Part shown: piece after piece, positions 1 to 11,317 of the stretch
How the letters are laid out: each line of letters starts with the position of its first letter
How positions within the stretch are numbered: position 1 is the stretch's first letter
Assembly: GCA_026023565.1 (NCBI GenBank)
Contig: JAPETS010000017.1
Location: 558,001-622,000, forward strand
Direction: 5' to 3'
Origin: Cirrosporium novae-zelandiae
Lineage: Eukaryota
DNA length: 64,000 nucleotides
The notes under the pieces: model-generated
Told to the model about the DNA's origin: nothing
The model's input: only the letters and a program-made list of their open reading frames with translations
Database searches by the model: none
Position numbers and translations under genes: made by a program

Positions 1-36
1 TGCAATATTTTGCGGCAGCTCTTTTGGCCGAAGCAA

Positions 37-1541
37 TTATGCATAAAAGTTGACAGAATCCTTCTTCTTTGCCTGTACCTCGGAGATTGCATCGACATAG
101 TGCTCATGATTGATCTTCGTACGTCCCTTTCTTAGTGCAATCATTCCCGCCTCAACGCAAACGGCCTTCAACTGCGCTCCACCAAACTCGTCCGTACTTC
201 TTGCTAATTCAGCCCAATTCACATTCTCGTCGACAGTCATCTTTCGGCTGTGGATTCGGAGGATCTGGGCGCGGGCTTCCTCGTTGGGTAGAGGGAATTC
301 AATCTTTCGATCCAAACGACCAGAGCGGAGAAGGGCAGGATCGAGGACATCAACACGGTTGGTGGCAGCAAGGACTTTGACACGATCATCCGAGGCGAAA
401 CCATCGAGTTGGTTAAGGAGTTCCAACATGGTACGTTGTACTTCCCTGTCACCAGACTTCTCGCTATCGAAACGCTTCGTGCCAACGGCATCAAGTTCGT
501 CAATGAAGATGATGGAGGGGGCTTTTTCTTTGGCGAGAGCGAAGCAATCGCGGACGAGCTTGGCCCCGTCACCGATGAACATTTGGACAAGTTGGGGACC
601 AGCGAGTTTTAAGAATGTAGCATCTGTTTGGGCGGCACAAGCCCGAGCGAGGAGAGTCTTACCGGTTCCTGGTGGACCATACATTAGAGCCCCTGGGAAG
701 ATGGTTAGGATGGTGGTGATACATAGAACGAGTAGATATAGATATACCTTTGGGAGCTTTAATGCCGATTTTCTTAAACCTTTCTGCTTCCTTCATAGGC
801 CAGACAACAGCTTCCACCAGTTCCTCGATTTGTTTATCCAACCCACCGACATCTGTGTATTTCTCGGTTGGCTTTTCATCAACCTCCATCGCCTTAACTC
901 GGCTGTCATATTCTGCAGGGAGCGTATCAAGGACGAGGTAGGAATCTTTGTTAACGCCAATAAGATCACCGGGTTTTAGTTTCTCGTGGTCCACGAGGCC
1001 GATAAGAGGAAGGAAAATGGTTTGTCGTGTAGATGTCTTGATGACCGCAGATTTTCCAACTCGAGTCGCATCTAAGTCAATGTTTGCCCCCTCTTCAGCT
1101 GCCTCTTTCTCAACATCCAAATCTAGGAGTTCAACTACATTACCGACAAGATAGGGTAGTTGCCTGAAAATAGGATAGTCAGCTAGAAGAACAATGTAAA
1201 AGTCTTAGACTGTTTTAATTTATCCCATACCTATTATTCTCAATCTTATCTAAGTTGTCTTTTATCTTCTCCTTCATTGCTGCTTGTTCGTGCGTTAATC
1301 GCTGGAACTCGCTTCTCATTATCCGCATGTCATTTTCTAGTAGCCGTCGTCTGTTGATAATATCTCTTGTGCTGGAGTGCAGAATTTCAGAGTCGAGAAT
1401 ATCGTCTTCGTCCTTTTCCTCTGTATCTGTCATCTTGGCATCGCCGCTTTGGTCTTGCTTCTTTATATCTCTGCCGTCCTTTCCACCCTGGTCCTTCTTT
1501 TCCTCACGCTCCATGTCATCAAGATCTTCGAGAGTAGACAT
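37..1541 (-). CDS. RPT5: 26S proteasome regulatory AAA-ATPase subunit 6A (3 exons: 1541-1231, 1163-748, 692-37)
   Basis: Walker A GPPGTGKT, Walker B IIFIDELD, and C-terminal HbYX tail (NFYA). GT-AG introns join the three ORF-track pieces in frame ([17 protein letters not shown]). Confidence 0.97.
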
Positions 1542-2075
1542 AATCGCGGAGGTTTTGTTGGGATGGCTTTGAAAATAGTAGAAGTTTCAAGAAAGAGGAT
1601 CAATATTTATCTTAGAACGTGAAGTAATAAGAGATTTAACAAACCAGGAGAAGTTTAAAATATGGCAGTGTTGGTAGTAGTACTACAAAGACGTTTATGA
1701 AAAGCAGTTTGACGTCCCGGCCTTGAGGTCTACGTCCACTCGTAGCTGCTTACTAAATACAGACTAGCCTAATTAGCGAGTATAAGTCCATAACCCCCAT
1801 ACTCTCCAACCAACTATATAATCAGTTCAAGGGCAGACCAGCCCTTTTAAAAAAGTTTTTTACCTTGATTCAGAATTTCTCAGACCACTACAATTGTCCT
1901 AATAGCTTGAGGAGTTTTCAGCCTATTTCATAAACTTCAAAGTTGCTCCCAACTACCAGATGCCAACAAGAGTTTGTCATTTACCAAGTATTTGAATGTC
2001 TTTATTTCGCTGATAAAATCCATAATGTCTAGCTGCAAATCGGGGAAATAACATGATTACTGTATCATGATCACT

Positions 2076-3478
2076 TCACCAGGAACCTCTATGAAGGCTG
2101 ATTCCTCCTGGTCTGCGAAGCCAGAGAAGCCAGAGCAGTACACCAGCAGCATTACCTCCCATGTGCGCTCCGTGGCCAATCCTACAAAACGTGTTAGTTA
2201 TGTTGAAATATCAAGACAGAAAGGGTTTGATAAAAGGAGCTGTTTGCACATACCCATCCTGCCACCGAAGCCACCACCCTGCAAGATCAAGGGAGAATTG
2301 ACCGGTTATAGCAATCCATAATGGTATCGCTGGAAGGAACATAACACTAACACCAACGTATGGGTTCATAAAAGCCGCTATCGTAACTGTTCAGTATTGT
2401 GTTAGTTTCTTACTATAAATGTATCTAGTACTCACAACAAGCCAAGCCAAGTCAAATTTTCACCAATGTTCCCTAGAATTCTTTCTGTAACCATGCCGCA
2501 GATGTAATGGCCTACCGATAAACTCCCAACTACTTAAGATATCTCTCTATACCTACAACTTGTGTTTGGAATCACTTCGACTTGACTTGTTGTCACGAAT
2601 ACTATTATCTTTGGGGAAATATATCGGGGCTAAACTTCTGGGGAAACTAAAAATGGGCAAGTCACTCACAGACACCGCACAAGGCTCCACTTAGTCCAAT
2701 TCCTCTAGATGTAGGCTCTTGGATACTGCTCTTCCTGGGGAGGTTAAAATGACTAGACTTAGATTCATTCGATTGTCCAAGCAAATCCAGGCGTCTCTTC
2801 AACTCTGACAAAGACAGGTTTGTGAAAGGGCGGTTTGAATCCCCTATAGCGCTTTCAATGTTTGCGGCGAGGACTCCAGAAGCCAGGAGAGTCGTCAAAA
2901 ACTTCGCACGCGACATCATTGGGCTGAGGAACATAATGCCCGTATAGAGTGCTGTCATATTTATGGCATAATGGGCGATAGATCCATGGCTATTTATGAA
3001 CTCAGTTGCATAAGGATCGGTTATATTTGTAGTATACATTCCCTGGAAGAACTTACGCGAATAGATGGGTCACCATGTTGACCAAGTTTAGTTTAGATGT
3101 CAGCCATTCATCCCGTGAGTACGTAAAGTACCTATAGAAGATCCCGCGTTGCTGGATGACTGGATCTCGCTCTTGCCGATAGAGGGTGATGTATTTATGC
3201 GCGCAGTAGCGTACAATTGAGTTGCTTGATCTGGAGAATTCACGAACCCTGGGACGTGCCCATTTCTCAAGAAAGGGCAGGCACGAAACAATCCCACAAA
3301 TTCCTGCTAATCCGCAGAAGATGCCGAGACCCCATCGTTTGGGGATAGGACGACGAACGGTATAATAGCGTCTGCCAGGTGGCGGCGGCTTATACGGTTC
3401 TAAAGTATTTGCGTTGAAGAAAGTAGGAAGTGCAGCCGAAGCAGTGGTGATACCAAGAGTATGAAATTGAAACGGCAT
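2076..3478 (-). CDS. Rhomboid-family intramembrane serine protease (mitochondrial PCP1/PARL-like), 4 exons
   Basis: The spliced product gives HLFAHGSIAHYAINM (rhomboid H-x4-H-x3-N motif), catalytic GLSGA and IGHGAHMGG (catalytic His). Introns lie at about 3056-2990, 2668-2387 and 2252-2182; stop TGA at 2078-2076. The start codon is inferred. Confidence 0.8.
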
Positions 3479-3961
3479 GGTGTATTCCACAGAAATCTAA
3501 GGAATTTTTTTTTAGCTGTTTATACTAAGGACATCGCAACAACGGAAGTTTGTGAACGATGATGGAATGGAGATATTGTATCGAGCTTTCCAAGCTTAAG
3601 GTGCAAAATGGTGTGCCAATAATTACACAATCTCGCTTATTTCAAAGTAAGGGTTTATATGTAAAGAAACTTGATTTAGGACGTAGATTTGTAAATTCCT
3701 AGTCGAATTTTTGGTTTGCGTGGCATTCAAATATATATTAACGCGGGCCAGTCCTATGAAAGCGGGCTCGTAAGTCACAAGTAACCATTCAAAGCTAAAA
3801 TTTAAGGTATCCACTACTCGATTACAAAGACCTCTTATGAACTTTTTAGATACCCACATTCTGGTGTGTAATACACCTCTCACAAACTATTGAGAGGGAA
3901 GAGTCAAATATAAAATTCTTTCAGATATTTAATTGAGAATTTAACTATACCCAGAAACTTT

Positions 3962-5603
3962 TTATAGATCCTGTAGAACTTCTTCTCTACCATAATTAAC
4001 AAGCCGATACCGAGACATGAAATCATCGTGATTGACTATATGTTAATTTAGCTTTTAAATTCGATCTGATAGACTGTATGATCTTACTATAGCCTCCACA
4101 CATCCTCCGCTTGCCAGTGAAAGCTGTTCGTCCGTGAAGAATCCTCCAATTGTCGAATACTTTGAAGCATTAGGATCCATGGATAATATTGGAAATAAAT
4201 TATCAATAGAACTTACTCAGCGGTTTACCTGGCTGTAGTTGTAATTCTAAAACATTCTTCGGATCATTGAGAATCTGAGACCACTTCTTTGCAGCAATAT
4301 ACCAGGCATCTATTTCTGATATATAACTTGGGTTTTGAGTATTAAAGGTTCCTCTGTCGCTGTTATTCCAACGAATCTGTGTTAATTGACCGGTTTGGGG
4401 ATGATGGTTAAGGACAGGAAACATGCAATAGGGCTGAATGCTGGCTTCTTGATTTCCACTGGCATGCGATGGCACAGGGGTCGACTCGAGCTGTCGATAC
4501 GCGTCTTTGTCCTGCTCTATTAATTGCTTAGCTGCACTGAATCCGTCTACCAAGAGCGTTGCGCCGCCGGATCCCTCGGTATGTGAGAGTAGATGAAACA
4601 TCTGAAGACCGGCAGGGTCAGTGAAATAAGTTGTGTCAGTATGAAGATCCAGACCCAAGGAGGTGTATGCCATATCCTTTGACGCCAAATCTGATGTGAA
4701 ATCGTAAAACCCACCTAGTTAAGATTTAGCATATTTCGAGAAATATTAAGAGCTATAGATACCATAATGAGTCTCTCGTATGAAAGCTATGCGTTCAAGA
4801 AGTCTTTTCGTTGCTTTCGGACCGGGCGGACAATCTTCAACGAAACAGAAGCCATAAACACGCTATACTTGTGAAATTCATGTCTTTGCAAGTTTTGTGA
4901 GGGACATACCAGTTTTTTCAGCCAGTTACCTAAACTAGTCTCCCGTCCCCAGTTATCGCCGCCTACCATTATGTCATGATATCTGACTGTCGGAAGTTTT
5001 GGTTTAATTGTTGTATCCCAATACCTTGACCTTCATGAATTAGAATTGTGATCCTTAAGAGGAAGACGCTACTTACGAATTGTGAAAACGGTTAGGGTCA
5101 TTAATAGCATGTCTCAGTAGCCATGATAAAGGGTATTCGCTTTTATGGCCTTCAATGCTCCATAGAATATGAATGCTTGACCTTTCCATCTCAACCTGAT
5201 CAATTTGAGGAGGCGTCTTCATGGAGAAGACCTCTACTAGCTTTTGGCGGGTGTAAGGATGGATGCATTTAGGACAGGGGCAGTTGTCTCGAAGCCACAT
5301 ATGACTGAACACATGAGATTCACCTGGGCGACCTGAAGTTGGAGGAGATGTTAAGGTCATCGCCTTAGCTCCATTTTGAATTTGCCAGCCTTCACGTCCA
5401 GAATTTTCATGACCAGGATGAAATAACTTTTCTAATGCTTCTAAATGATCATTTCCTTCACTCGATCCGCTGAAGTTGTTTCCGTCGGTACTTATCCAAC
5501 GATATATTGACTGAGAGGAAGACCTCTTTCTGAACGATCCTGAAAATATCCGATAGGGTCGCAAACAAATATAACGGCTTGAAAAGGAAACCAACGACAT
5601 CAT
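3962..5603 (-). CDS. Trimethyllysine dioxygenase (TauD/gamma-butyrobetaine family, carnitine biosynthesis), multi-exon
   Basis: WLRDNCPC...HPYTRQK N-terminal domain, HTDTTYF Fe-binding motif, IRWNNSDR, FDNWRILHGRTAFTGKRRMCGGY, and a basic mitochondrial-type N-terminus. Canonical introns. Confidence 0.9.
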
Positions 5604-5719
5604 CCTTGAATGGCTTTCTTCCAATATGGCACTGAAGTCCTTCTAGGTATGAAGGCAGATGCTCTTTCAAAGTATATAACTGCAAAAACAGAGGGTTAAC
5701 CCTCAGGAGCTTCATTGGA

Positions 5720-5725
5720 CCTCGG
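5720..5725. promoter_or_regulatory. CCTCGG motif (FarA/FarB-type fatty-acid response core) about 120 bp upstream of the trimethyllysine dioxygenase ATG
   Basis: Exact hexamer present. Function is inferred from the Aspergillus FarA/FarB consensus; a 6-mer can occur by chance. Confidence 0.3.
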
Positions 5726-5840
5726 TCGAATCGGATCATCGGGGGTCGCTACTTAGTACACGGAATCTGCCGTAAAAATCTCTCTCCTGTGAGGAAATTG
5801 ATTGAATATCTCTACTATCTCCAAACCTCGTAATGATTAG

Positions 5841-5929
5841 GGCACCGTGGCCTAATGGTAAGGCGTTGCTTTCCGGTTAGTTTAAAGTCTGATTGGCAAA
5901 GATTGTGGGTTCGAGTCCCATCGGTGTCG
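5841..5929 (+). tRNA. tRNA-Arg(CCG) with 17-nt intron (5877-5893)
   Basis: Acceptor stem GGCACCG/CGGTGTC, D-arm GCCT-AATGGTA-AGGC, anticodon stem TTGCT/GGCAA with CCG at 5873-5875, T-arm GTGGG-TTCGAGT-CCCAT, and a T7 Pol III terminator at 5938-5944. Confidence 0.92.
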
Positions 5930-6327
5930 CGATAGAGTTTTTTACTACACTTTTACTTGTATACATGTATATACTTTTATTTTAAAGTACTTTTTTTAAC
6001 ATAGTAATCACATCAAGAAGCATTATTCAGTCTTCAATATCTAAAGTAGGGAATCTCGCGAGCTGAAAACCCGAATCATAGTAGGGAGTGGTTCCGAAAA
6101 AAAGTGATGGAAGTAGGCGGAAGAAAAAGAAGGAGAGGAGGCGAAACATTTCTTGATGGTAAGAGAGGGATGTGCTTCTGATCAATTTAGTACTGCATAT
6201 CGGATAGATTTGTCCGTGGATCACTGGATAGGATCTTGAACTATAAGACATCCCGTTGAAATCCATATCCTCCTCTACTTGCTTGCATGAGTATTTTAAC
6301 TGTTATTATCCCGAGGCATTGTACTGT

Positions 6328-7550
6328 CTACAGTTTGCTCGATCCACCAACACATTTCATGAGAGCCCTCCCATTACTCAACGCGACCTTACCTCCATCA
6401 ATCTTGGCGATGAACCGAATTTCCTCCCAGCCATCCTTAATTTCTCCAGTTTTCCACATTTCTGTTACGAGCTTGTCACCGGGCCTCACTGGCGAGGCAA
6501 ACCTAGCCTGGAATTCTTTGATGTTTGCTGGATTACTTCCACCGAGCTTCTGTAGCAAGCCGTGGCAGGTGCTGTTCCAGCTGAAGAGACCATGCATAAT
6601 TGCGCCTCCGAATCCCATTTTTTGCCCCGGCTCGGGAGTCGCATGCAATGGGTTATAATCCCCATTCAGACTATTCCCAAATTGATTAAATGAACCACAT
6701 TGCGAAGAAATAGAGACACAAGGCTCACCGATATAGTAGAGCAGATTCACGGTTTGTTTGTAACTCGTACACAAAATCCGGCCTTTTACCTTGTGGAGGA
6801 GGATAATTTACTGTGCTCGGACCTGAATAAAAAAAATGTTAGGTACTAAAGGAAAACAGGGATATGCTGATGAGATAAAGATTGGAGAAGCTTCTGACTA
6901 CCATTTCTGATGGAGTAGGTCAACACATTAGGATAATCTGGCCAATTTACCTTTGGGACCGCCCCAGTTACCTTGTCCAACATAAAATGCACTGCCAACC
7001 ATCCTGGCGTAAACATCTCCTGCCTTTTCGACAAGTAACTGTTCGGTTTCAACAACAGTACCAGTTTTACCTTTGTCATAGACACCAATAACTTTAGATT
7101 GGATTTCAAACTTTTTGGTCGAACTAGAAGTAGGAAGGGGCTTGAAGAATTGTATCAATCGTTGGCCGTCAACTACTCGCCTACTGTCAAAATTGGGAAC
7201 ACCAGGGATAGAACTGGAGGCCATTGTGGTATAGAAGTCAATTACTTCTTGGTTGGTACGTTTGAACTCTGCAAACATCTTATTGAGCTCTCTGTTATAG
7301 GGACACTTGGAACCCAACTTACGAAGGATAACTGGATATGTGGGGAAAACTTGAAAGTCTGGATGGAGTTCCTATCATAATTGTAAGAACCATGGGGAAC
7401 GGAAGATTGGTATTGAAACTGCGAACGTACGTAAAGGAAATGAAGTTCGTCAGCAGTGGCACCTATGCTATTCGGGAAAAGTAATACATCACGCTTTAGC
7501 CAGGAAACCTCGTAGGGTGGATAGGTATAACCAGCACCGGGACTACTCAT
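6328..7550 (-). CDS. Peroxisomal MaoC-like dehydratase (2-enoyl-CoA hydratase 2), multi-exon
   Basis: VSWLKRDVLLF, VVDGQR, hydratase-2 motif LNGDYNPLH...GAIMHGL, ARFASPVRPGD, and a C-terminal PTS1 (SKL). Confidence 0.9.
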
Positions 7551-7856
7551 TGTAGTAAGCTGAATGAAGACACAGAAAGGGGAATAAATTCAAGAATGTA
7601 AAATTGAACTGAAGAGAGAAGGGAGAAGTGAGAGGAGAAGATAGAATGATGATAGATAGAGTAATAGTAATTAATCTATGGTTAAAGAGTGACCAGAGCT
7701 CTGAGCTCTACTGTGAACAATTGCGGGGAATTGGGGGGGGGATGAAGCTACGTAGTAGTAGCTTACCTAGGTACGGTAATTAGGTATCTAGGTACGGTAC
7801 TTTGTACATGTACCTTAACTAATTACAGGTTGGAAGTAGTTAGGTATGCTAAAGTG

Positions 7857-7862
7857 CCGAGG
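7857..7862. promoter_or_regulatory. CCGAGG (FarA/FarB-type core) about 310 bp upstream of the peroxisomal dehydratase
   Basis: Exact hexamer upstream of a PTS1-bearing beta-oxidation-type gene; function is inferred. Confidence 0.35.
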
Positions 7863-8617
7863 TTATCGGTCGCCGGCTGTTATTTTTTTTGGCTGTTTGT
7901 TCCTTTTGTCAAATCTAGAAGGGATTCTCACACAACCAAAGGCCACAAAACAAATTTGTATATATTTGGCTTTCGATCCCTTGTTTCCATGTCAGTGTTT
8001 AGTTGATAAACAGACATTAAAAGATTGAAGATTGTTTCCTGTGTTTCCGGCCCTTGGCAACCAAAAAGCGTTGGCCAATGTACTGTACAAGTAGATATCT
8101 GGACCTGAAACAATTAACAACCAGGTTGGCCCTCCGGTCTCTTCGCTACTTCGCTTCCAAACCACTTTCATTTCCCCAGTCACATCCCTCCACACTTCAC
8201 TCTTTTTGTTTCTTTTTGAACGCGTTCATTTGATAGTAGGCGTTTGATACACCTTCTTCCCCCCTTCAGCTTATTTAAATTTTATTTCAATTCATTTAGT
8301 TCTTTCTGCGAAACTCACAGTTGCTCTTGACAAGGAAGGAACCAAACAAATGCTACTTTGTTGACAATTACACAGGGTTGAGATTATTGACAAATTCTTG
8401 CATTCCCTGCAGGCAGGAATAGAGAGCTACATCTAATTCACAATAGCTACTAGGCAATATCCACTGCCTCTCACCTGCCCTTTGGAGAACCCTTCTATTC
8501 ATTTCTTATTAGCTGCTAATCTCCATCGACCTGTCATTGCTGTCACCAGCTTCTTTTGCTTCTCCAAGAACTCTCCGTACTTCTTGCACTTCTTGTTGAA
8601 TCCCAACCACGTGCGAA

Positions 8618-10551
8618 ATGGCCGCCATGTGGAAAAGGTTGAACCATTTCGGTCGCTCACGAGAGCATTCAATCGGAAATCCTACTCTCATCAAGGCTGC
8701 CTTAGATGAGGATACCCTCGCGTCAATACCAGGCATTAAATCTTCCAGTACCACAAGTATCACTAGTATCATCAGTGGAGGTAAAAAAAATAATTATTCT
8801 GAAGGACTTCAGCCGCTGCCACCATTGCCTTTGTAAGTCCACCGTTGATAATTTTTAGTACAGTTATTGATAACAACCTAAACAGCTCTATGGCTCCTCC
8901 AGATAATGACCAACGCCCTGACTCCTTTGCTCCAACAGTATCTTCTATTTACTCACAACCTTCTCCTGGACTCAAACAAGAAGATGAATTCCGCAGTCTT
9001 AGTACCCATGTTCCATCCTCTATTTACACGGACATCTCCCCACCCGATTCTCCCCCCCTTCCCGACGACTTCCAAGATTATACTGGTGGAGACGTATCTC
9101 CAATAGATCATACTCCTCAGCCCCTGAGCCTGGAGAAGGTTCATGAGTCTAGATATAGAAGCCATATACCAGTAATACGGAGGTCGCCCCGAGGCTCAGA
9201 GACTCTGAGGGAGGCCGCGATTCATGTTTCTCTGAACCATGATGATGATAGTTCTACCTCGAAACCTACGACCCAAAAGTTAACGTTTACGAGGTGGGAC
9301 GCCTATTCCGGAGAGCCAACAACGAGCGAAACTGGCAAGCCTGCTCAGGTAAAACCCGGAGATGTCTCATTTGATTCATCAACATATAAGGCGGGTTCAG
9401 CCGGCCATTTTGATGACGCACGATCTAAGAACCCTAGCCATGGATCGTCTGTTGCAAAGAGGAAAGCCAAACCCAACCGGTCATCACCAGGGGAGCAGAT
9501 CGCAACAAAGGAGCCATGGGCGCTCCAAAGTGGAAGGTCAGCAATAGTAGATCCGGTGCCAGAAAACCCATACTCCAAGCCCTTTATCATCCCTTCCAGA
9601 TATGAGTCAAAGAAAACGCTTGAACCCATGAGTCTTGATAGCAGAATTGCAGTGAGAACCAGTATCGACGTGAGGAATGACCCAAGAACTTCACATCTTT
9701 ATAATTCGTCTCTCAACATTATACCTGATTGCTTTGAGCGCTCTACTGCACCAACTGCAATCAATGGAGCTAGAAATCCCAACTCTTCTGCCCTTGCATA
9801 CCCTAGCCCAGCAGCTAGCAGGGCAGGCTCATCTCCAGCAGCCAGTATAGTGAGCGATAGATTCAAAGATAAACCATTGCCACCACCAAAGGAGGAAGAA
9901 AAAAATAATGGAAAAGGAAAGCCTGATAACTTTTTCGAAGCAACTACGGACATCCTTTTAGATGGTTTCGAAAAATTATCCATGTCAGAACAAGCCGTGA
10001 GCAGATTTAGTTCAACGACATATGCCACTACCACCTACGAAAGCCCCCCTACAACCCCTAAAGCTTCGTCTACGCCACCTCCGTCAAGTTCCTCACCAAA
10101 AACTCCTATCCTCCAACGCAAACGACCCATTCGAAGTGCCAATGCCAACGTCAATACCAGTAACACAGTTCCTTCGAGGAAACCTATTACTTCAGATGTA
10201 TCTGAAACCTCTACTATTGCAACAAGTATTCTCTATTCGCCGCCAAAACCGACTATTCAAGACCGAATTGTGAAAATGGAAAACGAGCTTAATAGTCTTT
10301 CTAAACGGCGTCAAAATCTCAACACTGTCATTCATGAACTAACAGTCGTGGTGCAGCCAAGCAGCCTTGCTTATGACTTGGCTGCTCGAGAAGAAGTCAA
10401 GAAGACAGTAACAAGTCTCGAAAGGGAGCTTGCCGAGGTGCAACGAGAAGAACACGATATTGGCTTAAAGTTGCATCGAGCTTATAAGCGACGAGATCAA
10501 GATGATATTTATGAACCTACTACATTGTGGGTGCGAAGAGTGGCAAGCTAG
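8618..10551 (+). CDS. Hypothetical Ser/Pro-rich protein with C-terminal coiled coil (intron 8833-8885)
   Basis: ORF 8618-8836 splices in frame (GTAAGT...CAG) into the 568-aa ORF. The C-terminal heptad region ends GLKLHRAYKRR...LWVRRVAS. Confidence 0.75.
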
Positions 10552-11317
10552 GATACCGATGGTTTAGGAGAGACCTCTAATTTTAACAGTAGCTCATGTT
10601 ATCCCTCCTTTATTTTATAGCACCCTGTTTTTCTATCCTGTTGATTGAGGTTGAGTGAATCATTTGCGCCATGTCTTTCATAATTGGTTTTATTAGAATG
10701 AGCTGGCTCCGTCGTGCAGAACTCGTCTACAGCAGTTATATTGCTGCATAACGGATGGGATCAGCTGGCATTACGAATGACGTCATTGGTTTGGGAATAC
10801 TCAGTTTATTGCATTGCAGGCAACATGATACAATTCTCTTGTTTACTTGTAAAATAAGGTGGAGGGACCAGAAAGGATAGATGTATGAATGGATGAACCG
10901 AGAGTAATCTTCTTGGCGCCTATGGTGATGGGACGGACAGACAGCGATCAGCTAGGCTTTTTAAGTTTGTACTTTTTAGATACCAAACAGCCAAGAAAGC
11001 GCTGCTGGCAGCAACGGAAATAAATCTCTTTGTTGACATTCAATTCGTGATTGTCGATTCACTTTATTATATCATTCGTCTCTAGCTAATAGCGAGAGGC
11101 AAGGTGTTTTCTAGTCTCCCGACCGACGATCTGCTCGATGGCTGCTACGGTTGCAAACAGCCTGTAGAATGAGATTAGGATATGTTAATAATCCTTTATC
11201 CGATTGAGCCAATACTCTAGCTGGAGTCATATAAGCCCCCAAAAATAGATACCATCAAAATATTTGCTTTCCACACCACAAAATCCGACTTCCGGTTCCA
11301 TCGTCTTTACCCACGAT

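Noticed and set aside
110..979. 289-aa plus-strand ORF and many similar antisense ORFs in the track
   Set aside because: Shadows of real genes on the opposite strand (RPT5, PRP4, VPS35, TFIIIC); no independent motifs.
5871..5876. Alternative reading of the tRNA as Gly(TCC)
   Set aside because: D-stem and anticodon-stem register place CCG at positions 34-36.
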